Assembly: GCF_009914755.1 (NCBI RefSeq)
Contig: NC_060938.1
From: the human T2T-CHM13v2.0 reference genome, Homo sapiens
Reading direction: 5' to 3' (one strand)
Length of the DNA stretch: 64,000 bases
Positions 54,998-64,000 of this stretch are shown one piece after another. The position numbers and the translations under genes were made by a program. The notes beneath the pieces are model-generated. The model ran no database searches, was not told the origin of the DNA, and saw only the letters and a list, made by a program, of their open reading frames with translations. How positions within the stretch are numbered: position 1 is the stretch's first letter; the number at the start of each line of letters is the position of its first letter.

Positions 54998-55603
54998 TTG
55001 TTCTCAGAAAGGTGGTTTGAGAATCACCTGTGTGGTGGGCTAAGTATTGTTTCCTAAAAATTTGATGTCTACCCGGAACCTCAGCATTGTGACCTGATTT
55101 GTAAATAGTGTCTTTGCACATGCAATTAGTTAAGATGAGGTCACACTGGATTATGGTGCTCCCTGATTCCTATGATGGTGTCCTCATCAGAAGAGGGTAC
55201 ACAGAGATGAAGCCCATGTGAAGACAAACAGAGAGTGAAGTGATGCTTCTGTAAGCCAAGGAATATCAAGGATTGCAGGAAACCCCCAGAAACTAGGAAG
55301 GGACAAAAATGATTCTCCCCTGGAGCCTTTATGACCTGCTCACAACTTGATTTTAGACTTCTCACCAGAACTGAAAGATAACATATTTTCGTTGAAAGCT
55401 ACTAAGTTTGTGATAATTTGCTACAGCATCCCTAGGAAAGTAATACCACCTGCATCCGGAATATCAGGAATCTTATTAAAATGCCACTTCATAGTATCCA
55501 TCCCAGATCTTCTGAATCAGAAATACTGAGACTAGAGCCCTGAGATTTAAACTATTAACATTATTTATGTTTCTTATGAAGTTTTAAATGTGAGAACCAC
55601 TGG
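54998..55603 (+). mobile_element. MER5-family MITE interrupted by an MLT1 LTR
   Basis: gttctcagaaaggtgg before the LTR; ctgaatcagaaa...gagaaccactg after it. Confidence 0.6.
55031..55447 (+). mobile_element. MaLR solo LTR (MLT1C-like)
   Basis: MLT1 blocks (agttaagatgaggtcacactggatt; aagccaaggaa; gattctcccctggagcc); perfect TSD acctg (55026-55030, 55448-55452). Confidence 0.88.
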
Positions 55604-56296
55604 CCTAAATGATGCCTTAACAGCTCTGAACAATCTGAAAGTTAAAATGACAGGACTATTTTATGCATATAGACGACATCTCCCCCGGTGAAGTGTGTTA
55701 CTTCCCATCCTATAGGTATCACAAACAGAAGTATTTATTTTATTAAATACAAAAAGAACCAGATCGCTTCCAAACTACATGCTTCTAAACACTTTCATAG
55801 GTTTTGTGTTCTGGCAGCATTTTAAAGATAAAACTATTAAGGGTTTTATTTTTTCTGGAGAGGTATTTGTCTCTGAGCAGTTTGATGAATATTTAAATTT
55901 CTTTTAATCTGTGTTCTCCCATCATTTTCTGTATATGTTTCTTTCTTATCTCATTTTATCTGGCCTTATTTTTTTTCTCTGCTTTTATTCATTTTCTGTG
56001 TACTCAGAAATTAAAGGCATATCCATTGTATGTTTTTATTTAATAGTTTTTTACTCTTTATCCTGTACGGCCTGTGGAAAATATTTCACTATGAGGATTA
56101 GTCATTGCATCTCTGAACCATCCCTGATGCATCTCTTGGCTAATGGAGGCTGTATAGTGTAGTAGTTAAGGACAAAATGGAACGAGGCTACCCAGGTTTA
56201 GTTCCAGCAATTAGGTTATGCAACATTGGGCAATTGACTGAACTTCTTTCTGTGTCAGTTTTCTCAAGGGTAAAATGTGGTTGTTAATGGGACCCA

Positions 56297-56710
56297 TGTG
56301 TTAGTCCGCTCTGCTCAGTTATGCTGCAGTAACAGATGCCTCCCTGGAATCCTAGTGACTTAAATGAGCAGAGCTTTATTTCCCACCGGCATTAATATTC
56401 ATCCTAGTTCTGCTGCAGTGCTTCTTCATGCCTCTTCATTTCTGGACCCTGCCTGAAGAGGCAGCTCTGATTTGTCGCATCCTGGATTTGTGGCCAAGGG
56501 AAGAGAGCTAGCAGAGCCATGTGGTGGCCCTCAGACCTTCTAAGTGGTTCACACTATTTCTGCTCACATTTTCTTGGCTGTGAAGCACATAAGGCAAAAT
56601 GCCTGACATAAGAGGCAGAAAATGTAACCCTCCAGAAAGGGTGGACCTATTCGGAAGAGGCTGGTAGGAAAAGACAGCAAATATTGTCAAAAATAATGTA
56701 ATCAACCACA
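56297..56710 (-). mobile_element. Old MaLR LTR (MLT1I/J-like) inserted in a MIR (56150-56296 and 56711-56780)
   Basis: tgtgttagtc...ttatgctgcagtaaca start; cactatttctgctcacatt; MIR halves on either side. Confidence 0.7.
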
Positions 56711-58678
56711 GCAACTTTATGGGATTGACGTGAGTATTAAGTAAGTTAACATAGGTAAAGCACTTAGAATAGTGTCTTATGACTATTGTCTGGTGGTCTA
56801 TTATTAACGGGGTCTTGTGCAAGTATGTGAAGACATTAATTCTTTATTTGAGAATCCAATGTACCTTCCAAGGAAAGTGCTATTTAGAGTTGAGAAAGAT
56901 ACAGAAATACAGGTCTTGGTCTATGCCTTATGGAATCTGTATACTCCTCCATGAAGAATGTGAAGAGGAACAGACAGTTGATGACTTCCAGATGGCCTGA
57001 GTGCCCACCAGCAGGGTATCTAGTGGACACCTCTGTACCTGTTCTTCCACATGATTGGTGTTTATTTGTTCAACTCCCCCAGCAGACTCTAAGCTCCTTT
57101 AGAACAGTGAGTGTATCTTTTTCATCTTCGCACCCCAGAAACTTTCACAACACCTGTCTAGTAGGTCATCAACTTTTAAATTAAACCCCTCCTTCTTTAT
57201 ACAGTCTGAAAGTGGGGTGGTAATTTCACTCTCTTAGGTAAGAACAGTTTTCTTCTGCTTGATGCCCCATGTTAATGAGGAACTCAGGGTGCATGGAGGA
57301 GGCAGTCAGCAGTTTGAAGTTTACATCCATACTGTGCCCAAACTGTTGCACAGAAGTATGAAGACAGCGCATGGAAATTAGTCCTGTTTGCCAACATAGT
57401 CGGTTTTGCATGCGTCATACATGGCCAGGCTTGCTGTATTAAGAGCCAGCTGCATTTAAGTCTTACTTAAGGGGAAACAAATACATTTGAATTGAAATAC
57501 ACTTGATTTATTTTTGTTGATGTTCTAGTTTTAATTATTTTCTCTATGTGCATGTCTTGCAAGTTTTATTTTTGTGGGGACTATAAGGATATGATATTTC
57601 CAGGGAGACGAAGAGCTATAATTTCTCAACTTTTCAAACCTACATACATATTATTTTAGGAAGGACAAATCTCATCATCTTAGTTAACAAGAACCAGAAT
57701 AGAGTGATAGTTCTGCTAATCTGGCCTCCTGGGTCTTGCAGTTGCATACACCAGATGCTAAGAGGATAAGACAGATTAGCCAGGAGTAAGACCATTCTGT
57801 GTGGCAGCTACCTCTGTCCACAGTGGGTGATCAGCTAATGCCATCAAGCTCATAAGCTGATAGGCCTTGTAATTACCATGCCAAAGAGGCTGCAAATATC
57901 CCTCTTTTCCCAATTTTACCTTATATTTAGTACTTTCTATTGTAGGAAGGAGATGCTGCAAACACCATGGAGGTTGATCTGAAAATACCGTATTCCCAGA
58001 ACTCTTTGTCTTGGGATACTTCTAAAATCCAATGACTGTATCTTCATATCTATACATAAAGTCCCCCATCCAGATGGGATATTCATCCAGAATATGGCAG
58101 ATAGAACCTGAAGGGTCTTTGGGTATCAAGAGCATATCACTTAGCTTCTTACTTGAATAGACTTACGCTATTTAAGAATGATCGTAACCTCATTCTTGGC
58201 AGTAGAGTGAATTAGACAAATTAACAAATTAGAGTTCCCAAAAGTCCTCCATGGTTCAGAGTGAAGAGCTATGTGATTGTGCTTAGAGACCTGTGCTACT
58301 TCCTCACAACCCCAGGAGTCTGGTCAGTTTTTGGTAATTTACAACCATGGTCCCTCAGCCTGCCCTGAGTGCTGACAGCAGACTACTGCCTTCTGTACTC
58401 TGTGGGCTTCATGGACTCTAGGTGGGTATTTAGGTTAATGGGAAGTGATCTATCTGTGGAGTCAGGACAGGCAGCTATCTAGGTTAATGGGAAGCAATCT
58501 ATCTGTGGAATCAGAAAGACTGGATTCTTTATTTAATTTCACAATTCAATAGCTTGTGAGCTTGTGCAGGTCACTTAACCTCTTAATCTCATCCTAGGTA
58601 ATTGACGTTACCTACCTCATGCGGTTGCTGTAACATTTGAGTTACTGCATGGGACATGATTGAGTGCTATGTAGGTTT

Positions 58679-59195
58679 TATCTTAGTTTGAGTTCCCTTG
58701 AGAGCAAAGCCTGAGACAAAGACTTGGGTGAGATAGTTTTTCTGGAGTGGTCCCCAAAAGCAGAAGTGAAGGAGCAGGGAGAGTAAGCAGTGCAGAAAGA
58801 AACACCAGTATGAGTGTCCACTGTCAAGATTCCTGCTCTAAGCACTGCATAGGTGGGAGAGATGAAGGTGTTGCCATGAATGCCTCCCAGGATTTTCTGC
58901 TTAAAACATAGGAGGTTGGAGTATTTATTCATTGGCTCCCTTCCCCTCCCCATTCTTTGATATTTACCCCTAGGGTATTCTTGCCCTCACTCCCATTTCT
59001 TGGTTGCTCTTTCTTGCAGGCAGGGCAGGCACCCTAGCTTTAGAGAAGGCCCAAGGGCTGGCCATGCTTGAAGTGGGGGACCATCAAACTGTCTGAGCTC
59101 ACAATAACTGTCACCTGCTGCAGTGGCTGAAATCTGACATTGGCTGAGGGAATATGATGCCAGGCGGCACGTGATGCAGGGTCTGCTGGAAGCGC
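58679..59195 (-). mobile_element. ERVL LTR (LTR16-like)
   Basis: tatcttagtttgagttccc...agcctgagacaaagacttgggtg is a reverse LTR16-type 3' end; far boundary approximate. Confidence 0.6.
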
Positions 59196-61205
59196 ATACA
59201 AATATGATATTTTTCATACTCACTTTCATTTACAATATACACATTTAACTTTTTTTTTTTTTTTTTTTTTTTTGCTTTATTAATAGGTTCTGTATGCTAG
59301 GCCTGTACCCTGGTCTTACAAATACTTTAAAGAAAGCCCAGGTTATACTCTTCATTATCCTCCTAGAATTAGATTTTCTGTTTCATAATTAGCAATAGTC
59401 TCCCATATCCTCCATGCCCTTTACCCAGCCTCACCCTAGTCCTCTTTCAGTCCTGAGACAGGACAACTCAGGGATGTAAACATGGAGAAACTGTGAGAAC
59501 AAACCAGAGAGGAAGGATTTTTCAGACAGGCTGACTAGGGTTTGAGTCCCACAGCTGTATGACCTTGACAGGTCACAGAGCTTTGCTCTGTCTCTTGATT
59601 CCTAAAGCTGGGGTATAGTAGATCAGCTGCATGCTACAAAACTAAATGAGACCACGTATGCAAAGCAACTGGTACTTCTTTATATATGGTACTTTCATTC
59701 CCCTATCACTTCCCCAAAAAGCTGCATTTTTTCTGGCCAGGAAGAATATATATTAAAAGGAAAAGTAGTGACTTCATTTATATCTATCTGCTGCCTGATA
59801 TCTTTCAGCTCCAAATTTGTCAAATTCACTCTACTGCCAAGTTCCTTCTGCTCCTCTTCCTTCTCCCCCTCTACCCTCCATAAATTTACTCTCCTTTAAT
59901 TTATTCATCCATTTCTATGTATTCACTTATTAATTCAATTATATGTATTTACTACTATATGGAATGCTTTCCTGAATCGGTTCAATCTGTCCTATTGCTA
60001 AAATACAGTCTGCAGCTCTCTTCAGCTCCCCCTCCATTTCTTCTCTCCCCCTCAACCCATCCACTCATTTGTTTATTTAATTTATTCAGTTTTATTTATT
60101 TGCTCACTAGTTTTTTTCCAATACATTGAACACCCTCTTGGTGCAATGTGCCATGCTTAGTTGTTGGGGATTACAAAGGTAGAATATTCTACCTCAAAGG
60201 GCATAGAAGTGAATTTTTTTTTTTAAAAAAAAACTACAATACAAGGAATAGAGTGGTCATTTGCAAAATAAAATTTTTATTGAATTGCTGAAGCAGTAAA
60301 CTCTCAGCTGGGAGGGTCAGGGAAGGCTGAGGAGGGATGGCTGCAGATAGAAAGGTTATAAAAGTAATAGAGGGAGACAAATGTAAGCTGTATTTTGCAT
60401 TCCTTGATTCCTATTTAAAGCAAAATATTAATTAATATTAATGTACTAGACCTTTAAATTCATAATTGGATATATATTTTTTTCTGCATGCTAGGGCAAA
60501 AAGGTCAATTCACAAGAATACAGACTTAAATTAGAAATGTATTAGGGGATGGTAGGCAGCAGGTCTTATGGCATATCCTCGTTAGAATCTCTTTAGCTCA
60601 ATCACATTCAGCTTCAAAATCTGTGACTTTAGTGATAAACAGTAAGATCACACGATCAGACTCAAAAGCACTATAATACCTAAAAATCATTGTAAGAAAT
60701 CTAATTTGTATTAATCATACCATTAGAAAAGTGGAGAAAGTTTCAGTATCTGTTATAAAGTTTTTTTAAAAACAAGAGTAGAATCAATATCCACAAAAGG
60801 ATCTTCCTGCCTATCCCTGAGAAAATTGCCCTTATCTCTTGAAAAGTGGTTTCATGGAGAGAGATTATCGCAAGAAAGCTTGAGCCTGTCCCCAGCTTAC
60901 CACTGCTGAGCACTGCTGTAAATTTATGGCTTGAGGTAGAGGTTTGGCAATACATTGGGGACAATATTCTTTTTCATCTTCTGAGGAGCCATTTGTTTCT
61001 TTGGAGGTATATCTGCTCCAGATTCATTCCATTTCAAAATTGAGATGCTCCATTCTCTCAGCCAAGATGAATGGGTTCATTTTACACTGTGATCACAATT
61101 TAGAGATGCTATTGAATGGGCTGCCAGTGTTTGCTTTGTAATGTTAGGGGCACTCTTTTTTCTAGTCTTAAGGCATAGGTTACAGCACATAACAGAAACC
61201 ATGCA

Positions 61206-61310
61206 GGAAAGACAAAAAGAAGAAAGAGAGGGAGGGAAGGAAGGAAGGAAGAAAAAAGAAGGAAAGAAGGAAGGAAGGAAAAAAGGAAGGAAGGAAGGGA
61301 ACGAGGGAGG
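61206..61310. repeat. GA-rich / (GGAA)n low-complexity tract
   Basis: Nearly purine-only + strand with ggaa units. Confidence 0.9.
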
Positions 61311-61569
61311 TGGGTGGGCAAATAGCAACACCCAACAATCCTGTATCATCAATAGATAGTTGTGGCCTGAGGTATAAATTAACACTATTCTAAGAAAAAT
61401 CAGGCAAGCAGTGAACTTTGATTCATACGTCTCAGCAGCAGGAAGCTGCCGGGAGCTGGTTATCAAGTGTGACTCATAGGAGAGACACAATACCAGAAGT
61501 AGCCTTCTCTGGCTAGTAGGATCAATCATGTCTTACTTTTTTCTGGAATCTTTCCCTTTTCAGTGAGGC

Positions 61570-62430
61570 TGTTTTCATCTACCCAGTTTGTCAGAGCAAA
61601 CCCTAGGAATCAACACTGATTTCTCTCTTTACTTCTCCTACTACCAATTCACCTCCCAAACCAATCTCCAAGTCCTGTTGACTCCACCTCTAAAATACAT
61701 CCCAAATTTTACAACTTTCATTTCTACTGTCTCCTAGTTTTAGCCTAAATCATTTTCATCTCTTTTCTTTAATAGCTTCCTAATAGATCTTGTTTCCATT
61801 ATTTCACTTTTGGTCTAATATACCTACAGCAACCAGAGTGATTCTCAAAATTTAATTGAGATTATATAATCTCCTTACTTAAAACCTTCCAAGAGCTTCC
61901 AGTATGTGTTGAAGAGCTTTCAGGTTTGTACCATGTCATTAGGACTTCATGTGATCTGGACTCTGCCTACATCACCAGCTTTGCATGATTGGCTCCTTCC
62001 TAAATGCACCTTCTCAGAGAAGCCTTCTCTGATCATCTCATTTAGTATCTTTCTACCCAACCAACTGCTCAGGACAAGAGTAGAGAAGTCACCTCAAAGA
62101 GGCCTTCCTGGAACATTCTACAAAGTAGCCAGTCCTCAGTCCTCACTCCCTACCCCCAACTGCTTTTCATCGTATTACCCTGCCTTATTTTAGATAGGGT
62201 TGACAGAACTCAACCCTATCTAAAATTATCTCATGTTCCTTAATTTGTGTATTGTCTATCAGATTTTCTCACCCCAAAGTAGACTGTAAACCATGTAAGG
62301 CAGGACCCGTTCTGTCTTGTTTATCTTTTTATCCTCCACAATGAGGATCAGAATGAGCATCAGAATGTGACCACAGTGCCTGGTTGCCTTCTGATGCTCA
62401 ATTAGCATTTGTGAAAGATGTGAATAGATA
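61570..62430 (+). mobile_element. L2 3' region
   Basis: ccagagtgattct; cttaaaaccttccaa; agactgtaaaccatgtaaggcaggacc; cagtgcctgg; boundaries approximate. Confidence 0.7.
62187..62226. repeat. Perfect 17-bp hairpin, 6-nt loop
   Basis: attttagatagggttga-cagaac-tcaaccctatctaaaat. Confidence 0.97.
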
Positions 62431-64000
62431 GTCTTGCAAAACCTTGGCAGAAGTGAGTAACAGTATTCTATTAATACCCTGGGAGGCTGAAGTAGAGGAT
62501 GAGGCACGGAGAAAGAGGTGAGTAGTCCATCGTTGAACTTGTTATATGTGGCAGTCTCAATGGTATGTTTGCTTATTAAATCCTGATAAATATTGGTGGC
62601 ATTTTTAGTAGGTTTTAACTAGAAGCAGGGGCTCCTGGAGGGTGCTCAGGCTGAATAGCTGGGTCACTTGTCTTTCTCACACCTCCCTGGGAGACTTCTC
62701 TGTAGAAGACTTCAAGAAAAATCCCTGCACCTTCCACACCTGTTGTAGGAGGTATGGCAGCTATTCCTGAGCCTTAAGTACTCCAGTAAGAATGAAATGA
62801 ACTATTTGAGGTGTTCTGCCAAACGGGCTCTAAAAATAATTATGATTTAAAATGTTTTTTTTTTCCAGTGAATATGAACGCTTTAAAACTAAGTTTGTAA
62901 AAACAAAACAAAACAAACAAAACACCTCCTCAATCTCTGTTGGGTTAGACACCCAAAGAAAGCAACCAGAAGCTGAAATTTTGTGGACAGAACATAAAAC
63001 GCCTTTTTCCTACTTCTCTGTCCTCCTCTTCTTCCTTCAGTCCTGTTCTTTTTCCTTATCATCCCTGCTTTTACTTGCCTGATCTGTTTTGTCTGGGGAG
63101 GATGCCTAATACAATGTGTGATGCTATGGGCTTAGTGAAATGCTTGTCACAGCTCAGCTAGCCTAGCCAAAGGGGCTGGTGGAAGCAAAGGTAAGTTTTC
63201 TTTTTTGACATATCTTTGGTTTCCTTCAAATCTAACACAGTCCATCATTTTGAGCATTTATTAACCATATCATTTAGATGTATAATTATAGGCATCTTTC
63301 ACTACGCCTTTCTAAAGAGGGTAATTTTCATATATTTTATGCATTGTAGAAATTTTGGTTCATGTGAAACATAGTTTGAAGGGAAATCAAGTTACTGTTT
63401 CATTTACCTCTTTGAATAAATAGAAAGATGTTCAGGTAAAACCAAGTGATTATGATACAGATCTCACCCCCTCCCTCCCCAACCTCCACCCAAGCAAAAG
63501 TTTCCAATGGTTCCCCATACACTTTTGGAAACAGAGCTTTGTGGCATATGGAAGGAATTTCTACCCCCTGCGTATGAGCAAACCCATCTGGTTTAGTTGG
63601 TTTGGCCAGGTCTTAGAAATACATTGACAAACACGTGTATGTCAGGGGTAACTTGTAGTCTTGCTGCTTATATTGCTCCTGGGGGGAATAAGAAATTCAT
63701 GTAATATGAACAGTCTAGTTTTTAAGAAAACTGAAATAAATTAAAAATAATTAAAATCCAAAGTTCACCTTATGAAGGTGTGTGCCTTTAATAATGCTCA
63801 AATATAGATTTTTAACATACACTCTGATTTTCTGTCTGCCAAAAGAGGGAAAAATCTGATAATAGCTGAGTGTCATCTTCCTCCAAGCAATCAGCAATGC
63901 ATTATTTCCTAATATTGCTGTTTGATTTCATTATTGGTTCTGGCTTCTTAAAGAAATAAGGGTTCCATAGGGTTACTGTAGGATAGGTCAAGAAAAACAA

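Noticed and set aside
61077-61529. 150-aa ORF with an apparent hydrophobic segment
   Set aside because: Openness and F/L/P/S content come from the (TTCC)n low-complexity tract.

Overview
AT-rich, CpG-depleted primate DNA, probably human or another hominoid given a near-pristine AluY with Ye-lineage diagnostic bases. It reads as intronic or intergenic. I find no supportable protein-coding gene, RNA gene or CRISPR array. The only ORFs I recognise are fossil transposon proteins: Tigger1 transposase, Hsmar2 transposase and the L1 ORF2p C-terminus. Much of the window is interspersed repeat: a full-length Tigger1, a near full-length HSMAR2, eight Alus, about nine L1 fragments, MaLR/ERV LTRs, MER MITEs, MIR and L2. 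Family and subfamily names come from my recollection of consensus sequences, not from a search. The most interesting signals are local templated or fold-back rearrangements. (1) An L1 whose 5' junction carries an inverted copy of its own flank (22.5-23.0 kb). (2) A complex insert bounded by 40-bp inverted repeats that holds an inverted copy of an LTR segment 1 kb away (26.4-26.7 kb). (3) A twin-primed L1 with an ORF1-derived inversion and a younger L1 nested in its tail (38.9-40.4 kb). (4) Fold-back hairpins at 44.2 and 62.2 kb. There is also a ~410-bp AT-only expansion inside an Alu and a strong CTCF motif at 12.8 kb. I see no evidence of a new coding system; the oddities are best read as scars of repair and retrotransposition.
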